Assembly (NCBI GenBank): GCA_028820405.1
Contig: JAPPJI010000025.1
Location: 609 to 64,608, forward strand
Source: Candidatus Kaiserbacteria bacterium
Lineage (GTDB): Bacteria; Patescibacteriota; Minisyncoccia; Phycocordibacterales; JABAAK01
Direction of reading: 5' to 3'
DNA length: 64,000 nt
Positions 49,297-59,601 of this stretch are shown piece after piece; the stretch's first letter is position 1; each line of letters opens with the position of its first letter. The notes beneath the pieces were generated by a model. That model had not been told where the DNA came from and did not search any database. It was given only the letters and a program-made list of their open reading frames with translations. The position numbers were made by a program, and so were the translations under genes.

Positions 49297-52200
49297 CTAC
49301 GCCGCCGGTCGATTCACAAAACGAACCGTGTTTGGATTTGTGTCATCATATCGACCTTCCGGACTCAAACTCTTGCCAAGTACCACCTTTTCAACACCAC
49401 CTTCACGCATAACCGGAACGTTCATACGATTCGACACCATGGACTGCACAAACAGATCAAAGAACGCACTGACATCAACACCGTATGAACTGTATTCAGG
49501 TTCGATGAGAACGGCGGGGTCTTTTCCTTCAGCGTCTCGAACCACCTTCACTGCAGACCGTGACACGCTTGCCTCAAGGATAGGGAGGATATCCGCATTT
49601 TTAATTCCTTCGCGCTTTACCCTGTCCCATCGTTCCTCTGAAAATGCAGTCAGGTCAACCGCATACATGACCTTGCAGTTTGGGTCACCGACAAACCCCA
49701 TCAAACTTTTCGAATTCATGTTCTTCACATCATATTGGAGACAGGAAAGACCGCCCGTCGGATACTTACCAGTACGCCACAGAACACGGGGATCATCGGT
49801 AAAGAGGATGCCGAGTCGGTGCTTTCTTCCGATCTCTGTTCCTTCTTTAAGGACTGATTCAATATTCTCAAGGACATGACCGAATGATCCCGTCTGCGCA
49901 GCATGATCCCCACTTCCCTTCTTCTTTCCGAAATAGTTTTTAAGGCGGTCAATCACTGTCTTGATCGTTTCCTCACTCAGACCGTTCGATATCCTGTTGT
50001 TCGCAATTTTTTCACCGGTTAGTGTGAGCAATTTCAGAATATTCTCGATAACACGAACCTCCTCTCGTTTCTCATAGAACTGCTGACGATTCTTCACTTC
50101 GGTGTCAAAACCGTATCTCTCAAAGAGGTCAGAAGAAAGTGCCGAAGCGTACTGCTGCTCTACCTGCTGAACCGATGCATCAATTGCCTGACGCATACTG
50201 TCGGTGAGTACGGTCATTGAAACCCCTCGCTCGAGGACGTTATACCGTACCTGTATTTCTTTTCTGAGGTCTGCCGGAAGAAACTGTTTAACACGATTGA
50301 CAATATTCTTCATCTTGCTTCCCGGTTTCGTCTCCTCAGAGAGTATCGAAATCCACTGCCTGAGACTTGGAATTGCATGGTATTTGGTAATAGTGTCGAT
50401 TGCATTCGCATCGTTTTGAATACGTTCAAGTGTTTCGGTGATGATGACATCTTTCCCGTCAGGATCTTCCTCTGTTTTTTGCAGTACTGTTTCGATGACG
50501 GTTTGAATATGTTTTTCAGCGACACCCTCGGTATCCGGCACACCCGCATCCTCGTTATATATATGTTTGTCCCGCAACACCGCATCTTGCAGCAAGTGGT
50601 ATATTTTCTCTGACTTCTTCGCTGCCCCGGCAGAAAGTACAACGTCACCGACATCAATAACCTGGTCTGTTTTCCAAAGATTGAGCTGTTCTTCTGAAAG
50701 GTGCCCTATCTGATCTTCAATAATCTCCTGATTCCTTTCGGCGCTGTACCGCCATGACTTCCAGTTCTCTTGACTATCAGTGTGTGCAACAATGTCGGTG
50801 ATATATTTCCGCATGTTTGGAAACTTACCGAGGTAGGTAAAAACTGGCTCAAGATTTCCCCAGGAATCAAAAAGCGTCATTGCCCGATCCGTATCAATAT
50901 CGGGATGCGAGAGTACCCGTTGCACAAACTGACGGGTTGACTCATCAACAAGACGTGCCAGATCCTCAAGATTTTGTGACTCTGACGAGATAAGGTGCTC
51001 TGCAGTAAACGAAGCATCTACCGCCTCTAAGATAGACTGTCGTTCATTCGCATTGCCGTATATCTGTACTGCATTCTCTTTGAGTGATTGTGTTGAGGTG
51101 TCCAAAAAAGCGATGCTGTTAAAAATGTCCATGAGGTGCTCAACGTCCGATTCTGTTTCCAGGGTAACCTGACGCAGTTTCTCGCCCAACACCCGAACGA
51201 CACTTCGATCAGTGTGAAGCACGTCAACGAATGAACGAAAGACTGCATCAGCGGTTTCGGCACGCAATCCGTTTGCAAAAAGGTTTTGAAAAATGTCCAA
51301 CACACGATACTCGCCAGAAATATGGGCAAAGGCAACCATTTGCATGAAGGTTCGCTTTGGTATGTCACGGTATTGATTTCCCCACCGCTTGTACAGAGGA
51401 AATGCAGTAAAATCAAAATCTTTCAGGAGGGCAAATGACTCTGTTGATTTATTTAATACGGCAATTTGATCATCGCTATTGTTGTACAAAAAGTCCATAA
51501 ACTGCACGTCACGCCAATCAATATCTTTCTCGGGCTGATTCTCAAACCAAGCACGAACAAACACCCTGCCCGAATCAGACAACCACTCATTTTCTTCGTT
51601 GAGCAGCTTTCGTATGATTGCATGCCGAACCACAGGATCAAGACGTTTAAACGAAAGCATCTCCGCCAATGCTTCACTTGCATCCATTATCGGTGACTGC
51701 AAGAGAACAAGGAGCGCGGACTCTTGGGCAGGACCAAGACCCCACAAAGAATCGGGGTCGTCTGACTGACCTGATTCATGCACCACCTTCGCGAGATCTT
51801 CAATCACATTACTGATACCGCCAAGCTTTTCATTTGCTTTGCTCAACACCGTCACTGCTTGAAGTCGATCAAGCGACGATGCGTTGGCATCAGTCGCAAT
51901 CCTGCCCTGCTCTTCAAGGGCGTCATCTAGTATCGACTGTGTTTCCCTATTAGCGTTACGAAGATCAATAATGCTCTCCCACTGCCAGTGTGCGACATCA
52001 TCTCTGTATCGTTGCATAAAATGTTCGGAGATGTCCATTCCATTGAAAAATGTGTCAGCAAACTGCTTTACCGACTGATCCTTCCATCGGCTGCTTCGTC
52101 GATAGAAGTAGTCAAGAGCGTCATGCAAGACTGATTGGTATGCACCCATACCCTCTCTCGGAGCAAACGTGGCAACGGCATCTTGAAGTATTGCAGCACC

Positions 52201-52890
52201 GCCATGGTGAACGACATACCCCATCATCTTTTTACGAAGATCGTTTTTAAATGTCTCTCGACTGTTAATAAAGTCCTCAATATCTTCCGTAATACCGAAC
52301 TGTTCCCGCACTATCGCGATACTTTCTTTTGCACTATCAAGCCGATCCTGCGCTGAACCAACCCAGATACGGTCAAAAATGCTCATGATGTGGGTTTTGA
52401 CAAGATCTTCTCCGACATGGGCAAGGTCAGATTCTGACAGGTTAAGAACGTCTTTGCCGTACGAGGCAATATCCGCAGCGGTGTCACCACCGGCATCCCC
52501 AGACATTTCCGGACTTTCAATCGACGGAAGAAAATGTGATTGGAAGAGTGAAACCATGCGTGATGATCCTTCCCCCGCACCGTCACTCTGATGCAGTGTG
52601 GCAGAGAGGAAAAGAAACGTTTCTGCCGCTTCACCCTGCAATGCCTTGATAATCTGTTCCCGATCAACACCACCTCTTCCGGCACCTCTTTCTATCTCCT
52701 CTATCTTCCGTTGCATCTGATCATCCGGTCTCGGCTGATTCCACGGAAACTGACGAATGTCGGAAAAGAGTTCTCGATATGCCTCCTGAACCTCTTCAGA
52801 TGACAATGCATCGTACGCTTCTTCCCTGCGCTCAACCCGCACTCTCTTTGTCTCAAGCCCCCGCATTTTCATGCATGCAGTATATCTCAC
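49297..52890 (-). CDS. very large (about 1190 aa) cytoplasmic protein with no recognisable domain
   Basis: A single uninterrupted ORF with no transmembrane segment, signal peptide or P-loop, and a charged, helical-looking composition. The start is either M1 or M7. Confidence 0.6.
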   Translation of the reverse strand: MRYTACMKMRGLETKRVRVERREEAYDALSSEEVQEAYRELFSDIRQFPWNQPRPDDQMQRKIEEIERGAGRGGVDREQIIKALQGEAAETFLFLSATLHQSDGAGEGSSRMVSLFQSHFLPSIESPEMSGDAGGDTAADIASYGKDVLNLSESDLAHVGEDLVKTHIMSIFDRIWVGSAQDRLDSAKESIAIVREQFGITEDIEDFINSRETFKNDLRKKMMGYVVHHGGAAILQDAVATFAPREGMGAYQSVLHDALDYFYRRSSRWKDQSVKQFADTFFNGMDISEHFMQRYRDDVAHWQWESIIDLRNANRETQSILDDALEEQGRIATDANASSLDRLQAVTVLSKANEKLGGISNVIEDLAKVVHESGQSDDPDSLWGLGPAQESALLVLLQSPIMDASEALAEMLSFKRLDPVVRHAIIRKLLNEENEWLSDSGRVFVRAWFENQPEKDIDWRDVQFMDFLYNNSDDQIAVLNKSTESFALLKDFDFTAFPLYKRWGNQYRDIPKRTFMQMVAFAHISGEYRVLDIFQNLFANGLRAETADAVFRSFVDVLHTDRSVVRVLGEKLRQVTLETESDVEHLMDIFNSIAFLDTSTQSLKENAVQIYGNANERQSILEAVDASFTAEHLISSESQNLEDLARLVDESTRQFVQRVLSHPDIDTDRAMTLFDSWGNLEPVFTYLGKFPNMRKYITDIVAHTDSQENWKSWRYSAERNQEIIEDQIGHLSEEQLNLWKTDQVIDVGDVVLSAGAAKKSEKIYHLLQDAVLRDKHIYNEDAGVPDTEGVAEKHIQTVIETVLQKTEEDPDGKDVIITETLERIQNDANAIDTITKYHAIPSLRQWISILSEETKPGSKMKNIVNRVKQFLPADLRKEIQVRYNVLERGVSMTVLTDSMRQAIDASVQQVEQQYASALSSDLFERYGFDTEVKNRQQFYEKREEVRVIENILKLLTLTGEKIANNRISNGLSEETIKTVIDRLKNYFGKKKGSGDHAAQTGSFGHVLENIESVLKEGTEIGRKHRLGILFTDDPRVLWRTGKYPTGGLSCLQYDVKNMNSKSLMGFVGDPNCKVMYAVDLTAFSEERWDRVKREGIKNADILPILEASVSRSAVKVVRDAEGKDPAVLIEPEYSSYGVDVSAFFDLFVQSMVSNRMNVPVMREGGVEKVVLGKSLSPEGRYDDTNPNTVRFVNRPAA

Positions 52891-52940
52891 ACCAATAGCG
52901 ACAAACCTTTGGCAAACCCGTGATGTACTACCATGTATCT

Positions 52941-53807
52941 ATGGATGTTGTCTTCCAGATTGTCGCAAACAGTATCATTGCCGGATCTCTCTACACGCTC
53001 ATAGCATCCGGCTTTACACTCACGTACAGCACAACAAAGTTTTTCAACATTACTCACGGCGTTATGACTGCCGTCGGAGCATACACTGTATTTTTTCTCG
53101 GAAAAATACTTGGCATGCCGCTTCTTCTTGCAATCATCGTCGGCGTTCTCTTTGCCGGATTACTCGGGTGGGTGCTCAATTATTTCATTTACCAACCGCT
53201 TCGCAAAAAGAACGCTTCGCAACTCTCTCTCCTTGTCGCATCACTCGGAGCATTCACCGCAATACAGGCCTGCATTTCCCTCGCCTTCTCTTCACAGTTT
53301 CAAACGATCTCTCATACGGCAGTCATGCAAAAAACTTTCTCTATTGTCGGTGCATCCGTGACGCAGATACAATTAATCATCGTCGCCTCTGCCCTCATTT
53401 CGTTTGTCAGCCTCACCTTCTTTCTCAAGAAAACCCGCTTCGGTACCGCCATCCGTGCCGTCAGTGATGACGAAGAAGTCGCAAAAGTTATCGGTATCAA
53501 CACAGACAAGGTTATCGGCATTGCCTTCTTTATCGCATCAGCACTTGCAGGACTTGCCGGTATTCTCATCGGCTTTGACAGTGCAATTGAGCCGACCATG
53601 GGGCTCGCCCTCCTCATGAAGGGGGTAACCGCTTCCATTGTCGGCGGTCTCACCAGCATCTTCGGTGCGGTTGTCGGATCATTCCTTGTCAGCTTTGTTG
53701 AAAACTTCGGTATCTTCTATACCGCCGGCGAATGGCGGGATGCGATTGTGTTCACCCTCCTTATCATCTTCCTCATGTTCCGTCCTAACGGTATCATACG
53801 AACGTAA
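52941..53807 (+). CDS. livH: branched-chain amino acid ABC transporter permease LivH
   Basis: VFQIVANSIIAGSLYTLIASGFTLTYS... is LivH-like. Confidence 0.8.
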   Translation: MDVVFQIVANSIIAGSLYTLIASGFTLTYSTTKFFNITHGVMTAVGAYTVFFLGKILGMPLLLAIIVGVLFAGLLGWVLNYFIYQPLRKKNASQLSLLVASLGAFTAIQACISLAFSSQFQTISHTAVMQKTFSIVGASVTQIQLIIVASALISFVSLTFFLKKTRFGTAIRAVSDDEEVAKVIGINTDKVIGIAFFIASALAGLAGILIGFDSAIEPTMGLALLMKGVTASIVGGLTSIFGAVVGSFLVSFVENFGIFYTAGEWRDAIVFTLLIIFLMFRPNGIIRT

Positions 53808-53808
53808 T

Positions 53809-54675
53809 ATGGAATACTTTCTCCACCTCATCACCCTCTTTGCGATATATGCGATTCTCGGATTAAGCTTGAATCTCGTTGTCGGCTACACCGGTCTTCT
53901 GTCAGCGACGCACGCTGCATTTTACGGCATCGGTGCCTACGCTACCGCCCTTCTCCTCACAGTTTCCGGCCTTAACTTCTTTTTCGCTGTCTTTCTCGGC
54001 ATTATCCTGACATCGCTCATCGCACTTTCTATCGGATCGGTGCTGAGTAAGTTTCGGGATGACTACTACGCGCTCGGGTCAATCGGATTCTGCATCATCA
54101 CGTTTTCAATCTTTCTCAATTGGCAAGACCTCACGAGAGGACCGCTCGGCATCTCCGGCATACCGAGACCGGACATCTTCGGTCTCTCGTTCTCATCAAG
54201 CATCCTGTTCGCTCTCCTGGCTCTCATTGCTCTCGGCGTTACATTCCTTGCATGCCGCGGGATTGTCCGATCCTCATTCGGCAGAGTGCTCAAGGCGATA
54301 CGGGAGGATGAAGGTGCCATTCAGGTATTCGGATACCGCACCCACACCTATAAACTGCTCGTGTTTGTTATCAGTGCCGCGATGGCATCAGTTGCAGGGT
54401 CACTCTTCGCCACCTATGTCACCTACATTGACCCCTCCACCTTCACCATCCTCGAGTCGGTGTTCATTCTGGCAATTATCATTCTCGGAGGACTTGCAAA
54501 TCTTCGCGGATCACTGATCGGTGCTCTGATCCTCATACTGATTCCGGAACTCCTCCGCTTTGCAGGATTCCCTGCCGAGATCGCCGGGCAAACACGTGAG
54601 CTCGTATATGGTCTCATGCTTCTCGTACTCATGCTCCGAAGACCGCAGGGACTCCTCGGTGAGTATAAACTGTAA
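53809..54675 (+). CDS. livM: branched-chain amino acid ABC transporter permease LivM
   Basis: LNLVVGYTGLLSATHAAFYGIGAYA is LivM-like. The start is 2 nt after the livH stop. Confidence 0.8.
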   Translation: MEYFLHLITLFAIYAILGLSLNLVVGYTGLLSATHAAFYGIGAYATALLLTVSGLNFFFAVFLGIILTSLIALSIGSVLSKFRDDYYALGSIGFCIITFSIFLNWQDLTRGPLGISGIPRPDIFGLSFSSSILFALLALIALGVTFLACRGIVRSSFGRVLKAIREDEGAIQVFGYRTHTYKLLVFVISAAMASVAGSLFATYVTYIDPSTFTILESVFILAIIILGGLANLRGSLIGALILILIPELLRFAGFPAEIAGQTRELVYGLMLLVLMLRRPQGLLGEYKL

Positions 54676-54676
54676 T

Positions 54677-55429
54677 ATGGAAAAGAAAGATCAAAAGAAA
54701 CCGGCACTTGCGGTTCAGAATCTCACCAAACACTTCAGCGGTGTTCTCGCGATTGACAATCTCTCGCTGAGTATCACACAAGGAGCCATCACAAGCATTG
54801 TCGGCCCGAACGGATCGGGCAAGACCACCCTCATCAACACCCTCTCCGGCATCTTCAAGCCGGAACAAGGAACGATTACGGTGCAAGGCAGAACAGTGCC
54901 GCCCCTTCACCCGCATGATGTCTGGCACCACGGCATCACCAGAACATTTCAAAACACACGGCTCTTTGAACAGATGACCGTTCTCGACAATGTTCTGGTC
55001 GTTCTCACGAAACGATCGGTCATCCCCTCTCTCCTTGAAACAAAGGATGACACGCACTACGATCAGGCAAAACAGGTCCTCGCTGCAACCAATCTCTGGG
55101 AGAAGCGTGATCAGCTCGCTGCCAACCTCTCCTATGGCCAGAGAAAACTGCTGGAAATCGCCCGATCGCTTGCAACCGATGCTGACATCTACCTCTTTGA
55201 CGAACCGTTCGCCGGTCTCTTCCCTAAAATGGTAACCGTTGTGTTTACCATCCTCCGGTCACTCAAACAGGAGGGAAAGACCGTGGTTCTCGTTGAGCAC
55301 GACATGGATCTCATCAGAAAAATAAGTGATCATGTTATTGTTCTGGACAGCGGCACGCTCCTCGCACAGGGATCTCCGGAACAGGTCCTCTCGGAAAAAA
55401 GTGTGGTGGAGGCATACCTCGGTCAATAG
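54677..55429 (+). CDS. livG: ABC transporter ATP-binding protein LivG
   Basis: It has Walker A GPNGSGKTT, an LSYGQRKLLEIAR signature and Walker B. Confidence 0.85.
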   Translation: MEKKDQKKPALAVQNLTKHFSGVLAIDNLSLSITQGAITSIVGPNGSGKTTLINTLSGIFKPEQGTITVQGRTVPPLHPHDVWHHGITRTFQNTRLFEQMTVLDNVLVVLTKRSVIPSLLETKDDTHYDQAKQVLAATNLWEKRDQLAANLSYGQRKLLEIARSLATDADIYLFDEPFAGLFPKMVTVVFTILRSLKQEGKTVVLVEHDMDLIRKISDHVIVLDSGTLLAQGSPEQVLSEKSVVEAYLGQ

Positions 55430-55430
55430 T

Positions 55431-56150
55431 ATGAAACGGAACCTTCTCAGCCTGTCAGACATCCATGTTCACTATGGCGGCGTGCATGCACTACGCGGTA
55501 TCAACCTCTCACTGCAGGCAGGAGAGGTTGTTGCCCTCATGGGGTCAAACGGTGCGGGGAAGTCAACCATATTAAAAACCATCTTCGGTCTCGTGCCGAT
55601 AACGTCCGGCTCCGTTTGTTGGCGCGGGACATCAACCCTCCCGGTACCGCACGATATGGTGCGAAAAGGTATTTCCTTTGTTCCGCAGGGAAGACGGGTA
55701 TTCGCCAACCTCTCCGTTGAAGAGAATCTGGAAATCGGCGGATTCTCCGTCACCGATCAGGGACTCGTCCGGCAGCGGATCCGTGACGTTATGAACCTCT
55801 TCCCGATTCTGGAAAAGAAGCGAAAAGAGCCTTCCGGAACACTCTCCGGCGGTCAGCAGCAGCTCCTCGCCATTGCACGAGGTCTCATGAGCAACCCACA
55901 GGTACTCCTCCTGGATGAACCGTCACTGGGTCTCTCTCCAAAGGCGGTAAAAGAGGTATTCGAAACGATCAAAACAATGAGCCAAACACAAAAAACTGCC
56001 CTAATGATTGTTGAACACAACATACCGTCACTGCTGCGTATCGCACACCGCGGCTACATCCTGGACAAAGGAACGATTGTTGCCGAAGGAGACGCACAAC
56101 GTCTTGCAAAAGACAGCACGCTTGAGAGAATCTTCACCGGATCATCCTAA
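55431..56150 (+). CDS. livF: ABC transporter ATP-binding protein LivF
   Basis: It has GSNGAGKST and LSGGQQQLLAIARGL. Confidence 0.85.
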   Translation: MKRNLLSLSDIHVHYGGVHALRGINLSLQAGEVVALMGSNGAGKSTILKTIFGLVPITSGSVCWRGTSTLPVPHDMVRKGISFVPQGRRVFANLSVEENLEIGGFSVTDQGLVRQRIRDVMNLFPILEKKRKEPSGTLSGGQQQLLAIARGLMSNPQVLLLDEPSLGLSPKAVKEVFETIKTMSQTQKTALMIVEHNIPSLLRIAHRGYILDKGTIVAEGDAQRLAKDSTLERIFTGSS

Positions 56151-56158
56151 ACAAGTGC

Positions 56159-56190
56159 AAAAAAAAAGATGCTCACTTCCGTGAGCATCT
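56159..56190 (-). terminator. minus-strand Rho-independent terminator
   Basis: The hairpin GATGCTCAC-ttcc-GTGAGCATC is followed on the minus strand by a T9 run. Confidence 0.5.
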
Positions 56191-56213
56191 TAACGCGGCA
56201 GCACGCCTCAGTG

Positions 56214-56498
56214 CTACCCGCCGACGAGACTGTTTACCAGCACAATCAGAGTGAAAAGTACGGTGATCATGACAGTGATGACAAAAACATCTCTCCCGTG
56301 CCACCGCTGACATTCTCTGCTGATGCACTCAAGAAGCCACCGCAGGTGACCCTGCTTACCATCAACAAAGTGTCTGATCAGGATTGCCATGGTAATGACA
56401 ATGACGCATATTGCTATGAGCACGATATTTACAACGGCGAGGACGGTAGACATATCCACCATCACGTGCAACCCATTTACTGCAGTCTGATCCGACAT
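56214..56498 (-). CDS. hypothetical small membrane protein (2 transmembrane segments) co-transcribed downstream of livK
   Basis: It has hydrophobic helices and its own terminator. Confidence 0.45.
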   Translation of the reverse strand: MSDQTAVNGLHVMVDMSTVLAVVNIVLIAICVIVITMAILIRHFVDGKQGHLRWLLECISRECQRWHGRDVFVITVMITVLFTLIVLVNSLVGG

Positions 56499-56595
56499 TT
56501 ACAACCTCCCCTTGGTTTTATGTACGGGCAAAGATCAGATTTCCCTGCTACCACTATACTCTATGAAATACGGTATTGAAACTGCCGATTTCTCC

Positions 56596-57723
56596 TTAGT
56601 TTGCCGGAACAACAGATCCTCCCTCAACCTTCTTCAGGATAGGACCGATATTCGTGATATCACCGTTGCTGTCAAATGAGTAGGTCCCGATGACCCCCTG
56701 AAAATCAGTCATCTTAGCAAGGTAGTCACGGAGTTTGTCGGGATCTGCCGTGCCGGTCTCGGCAACGGCATTGGCAACAATATGAACAAGATCATATGCT
56801 GCCCCGAGGTAGAACTCTATACTCAGGTCACCATACTGACTGGTGTACGCATCAAGGAACCGCCTCGCTTTTTCATTCTGCGGGTTGAGACCGGGGGAGT
56901 CGAAGACGTACATTCCTTCAACGTGTTCACCTCCCACCTCAAGTGCCTTTGATCCGGAGAGAACGTTTGATCCGTAGAACTGACTTCCGATGCCGAGCTC
57001 TCGTGCCTGCCTCGCAATGGTTGCACCGGCAACTTCTATCTGCGGGTTGATGAAGAGAGCACTCGGGTTTGCCGCTTTCACTTTTGCCAGAATGCTTCGG
57101 AAATCACCGGTCTCAGGAGCATAGTGTTCATCGGCAACAATAGACCCGCCGACATCGGCATATCGAATAGAGAATATGTTGTGGAGTGCCTGTGCATAAT
57201 CAGTCTTCTCGGAGATAATGGCAACGGTGTCATGCTTCTCTGCGATGACATCTGCGACGAAGGCACCACCAGCGTTATCTGACGGACTGTTTCGGAAGAA
57301 ATAGGAGCCGGCACCGGTAAGGTCAGGGCTTGATGCCGACGGCGAGAGAACAACAACACCCCTCTCTTCAGTGATTGGCAGCATTGCTAGCGTCTCACCG
57401 CTGCAGACACCGCCGATGATAACCGACACCTTATCAACATTCGCCAACTTTTGTGCCGCACTCACCGCATCCCGACCGGTACACTTACCGTCCTCGTAAA
57501 TAACCCGTACCTCTCTTCCGTTAATACCACCGCCGTTATTTATTTCATCAACCGCAACATTCACCGCATTTCGAATCGGTTCACCATAACTTGCTGCGTC
57601 ACCGGTAAGCGGACCGACAAATCCTATCGTTACCGGACCTGACTGCCAGCTGCCGGATGACCCGTTGTATAAAAAGGTGACGGCAATGACGAGAATGATG
57701 AGGATGGCAATGAATTTTTTCAT
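56596..57723 (-). CDS. livK: branched-chain amino acid ABC transporter substrate-binding protein (LivJ/K family)
   Basis: The signal peptide is MKKFIAILIILVIAV. It has a periplasmic-binding-protein type I fold with IGFVGPLTGDAASYGEP. It is convergent with livHMGF. Confidence 0.8.
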   Translation of the reverse strand: MKKFIAILIILVIAVTFLYNGSSGSWQSGPVTIGFVGPLTGDAASYGEPIRNAVNVAVDEINNGGGINGREVRVIYEDGKCTGRDAVSAAQKLANVDKVSVIIGGVCSGETLAMLPITEERGVVVLSPSASSPDLTGAGSYFFRNSPSDNAGGAFVADVIAEKHDTVAIISEKTDYAQALHNIFSIRYADVGGSIVADEHYAPETGDFRSILAKVKAANPSALFINPQIEVAGATIARQARELGIGSQFYGSNVLSGSKALEVGGEHVEGMYVFDSPGLNPQNEKARRFLDAYTSQYGDLSIEFYLGAAYDLVHIVANAVAETGTADPDKLRDYLAKMTDFQGVIGTYSFDSNGDITNIGPILKKVEGGSVVPAN

Positions 57724-57785
57724 AGTTCTTGTTATGTGGAATAAACAGGTGCAGTATACCCCACAATTTCTATTGTCGATTGTGC

Positions 57786-57828
57786 AAAAGAAAAGAGAGC
57801 CCCAAGCACATACTGTGCTTGGGGCTCT
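57786..57828 (-). terminator. minus-strand Rho-independent terminator
   Basis: A 13-bp hairpin GAGCCCCAAGCAC-atact-GTGCTTGGGGCTC is followed on the minus strand by TCTTTTCTTTT. Confidence 0.55.
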
Positions 57829-57876
57829 GTGATTATTCACCTCCACCGTGAGTGCTTACCCGCCACCTCGTCAGAA

Positions 57877-58239
57877 TCAGACTGTTCCGTCCCTTTTCTG
57901 GGGGGCAGAATTGACCAAAACTGAAAGACGGCGACACCCACCATATGGAAGAAGAATACGGTACTGCCTATATACCTGACAAATGTATTTGGTAAATCCT
58001 GGTAGGGAGGACCTTACCAGACCAAGAAGCATTCCAAAAAGAAAGACCCAATAATACAGGATGAGTGGCATGTATGCCATAAGGATTAGCAAACGTCCAA
58101 GAAAAGGAATGGGTGTTCGGTCACTGCCGGCAGAAGTAGATCTGCCTGACAAAAGAAACGTGTAGCACACGAACCCGATCGACAGAATAATATACAACTG
58201 CATTGGTGCATACGGCTTGAGCAGGTCATTAATATCCAT
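57877..58239 (-). CDS. hypothetical membrane protein (about 3 transmembrane segments)
   Basis: It has hydrophobic segments and a downstream terminator. Confidence 0.4.
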   Translation of the reverse strand: MDINDLLKPYAPMQLYIILSIGFVCYTFLLSGRSTSAGSDRTPIPFLGRLLILMAYMPLILYYWVFLFGMLLGLVRSSLPGFTKYICQVYRQYRILLPYGGCRRLSVLVNSAPQKRDGTV

Positions 58240-58405
58240 CCGTACTCACCCTCTTCCCTCTCTGTTTCCTTGCCCTTTTTTCCGCACGATATGCACGATA
58301 TGCGGGAACATCTTCCTTGATGATAAGAACGATCAGCAAACAGATGGGTGAAATGACAACGGCAGAAACAATCAAGTACATGACCGTCACCAAAATGTCT
58401 TCCAT
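58229..58405 (-). CDS. hypothetical 58-aa membrane protein
   Basis: Translation is MEDILVTVMYLIVSAVVISPICLLIVLIIKEDVPAYRAYRAEKRARKQRGKRVSTDGY. It overlaps the next start in ATGGAT. Confidence 0.25.
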   Translation of the reverse strand: MEDILVTVMYLIVSAVVISPICLLIVLIIKEDVPAYRAYRAEKRARKQRGKRVSTDGY

Positions 58406-58590
58406 GGCACTGCACCCTCCTGTAGATTAGTGATAAGTGGGAATGAACGTATCTACCATGAAGTATACCGTATTAAGGTACTCCGTCAGTATGCAAAAAG
58501 AAAGGGGGGCATCGCGGCACTAACACCTTTGAGGCCCCCTTTCATCGTGATATGTTCTGTATAGTACATGTCGCGCTAAGTTTATCATTG

Positions 58591-58662
58591 CTGCCGGACT
58601 AGGACTCGAACCTAGATTAACGGGACCAAAACCCGTCGTCCTACCAATTAGACGATCCGGCA
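58591..58662 (-). tRNA. tRNA-Gln(UUG). CCA is not encoded.
   Basis: A U1:A72 acceptor pair, anticodon loop TTTTGGT, T arm CTAGG-TTCGAGT-CCTAG and discriminator G. Confidence 0.8.
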
Positions 58663-58672
58663 CTGCTACCTG

Positions 58673-59599
58673 CTAGTCATCAAGATACCGTCGTGTTGAC
58701 AGATAGCTTGAGACAATACCCACGATCACCCCGATCGCAACAAGTGTTACCATCAGAACAAAGAACTGTGAGACGTAGTGGGCAAAGAGTCCGCCACCGC
58801 CAAAGAATCGTTCAACCGCCGGTGACAGCCAATAGGATACTGGGTAGAGGAGGATGAGGGCGACAACCGACCCGAGAAGACCGTAAATTGCTCCCGAGAT
58901 GAGGAACGGTATGCGGACATACCAGTCCTCCGCCCCGATGAGACGCATCACCTTCACCTCCTCCTTTCCAAGATACATGATGAGACGAATAATGTTGAAA
59001 ATGATGAGAAAGGAGATGAAAACAAGGAGGGCAATGATGAGGCGGGAAAAGAAGGTGGTCGTGTCTACCACTGACGAAAGACGGGCGATAATTTCACGGT
59101 TCTGGTAGTAATCAATCTTATCTATCACCGTTGTCGGTCGGTCGGAGAGAACATCCTCGTTCTCCAGAAACCGGGAAATCTTCTCAAAGTCACCTGACTG
59201 CTGTGCCCGTATTGACAGGCGCGGACGAAACGGGTTCGTTTCAAGCACATCGAGCCCCCGCAGAATATCGTGATCGTTCTCGTGCCGTTTTCGATACTCT
59301 TCAAGTGCCGCTTCCTGTGAGACGTAGATGACTTCTTTCACCTGCTCAAGTTCATTGAGCTTGTCATGGAATGCAAAGATCTGATCCTCCGGCGTACCGG
59401 AGATAAAGTAGACGGTCACGTCCACCTTGTCACGCAACTCCTCAGTCACGTCATCCATCACCTGCCCGAACAGAATGGAGAGACCGACAATAAAAAGAGA
59501 TACGGTCATGACGAATATGACAGAAAATGAAACGAACGAATTTCGCACCACGTTAACGAGGCCGAGTCGCATCACCCTTTTTATCTGCACGTACACCAT
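58673..59599 (-). CDS. ftsX: cell division ABC transporter permease FtsX
   Basis: It has an FtsX-like four-transmembrane topology with a large extracellular loop. Confidence 0.8.
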   Translation of the reverse strand: MVYVQIKRVMRLGLVNVVRNSFVSFSVIFVMTVSLFIVGLSILFGQVMDDVTEELRDKVDVTVYFISGTPEDQIFAFHDKLNELEQVKEVIYVSQEAALEEYRKRHENDHDILRGLDVLETNPFRPRLSIRAQQSGDFEKISRFLENEDVLSDRPTTVIDKIDYYQNREIIARLSSVVDTTTFFSRLIIALLVFISFLIIFNIIRLIMYLGKEEVKVMRLIGAEDWYVRIPFLISGAIYGLLGSVVALILLYPVSYWLSPAVERFFGGGGLFAHYVSQFFVLMVTLVAIGVIVGIVSSYLSTRRYLDD

Positions 59600-59601
59600 A
59601 T

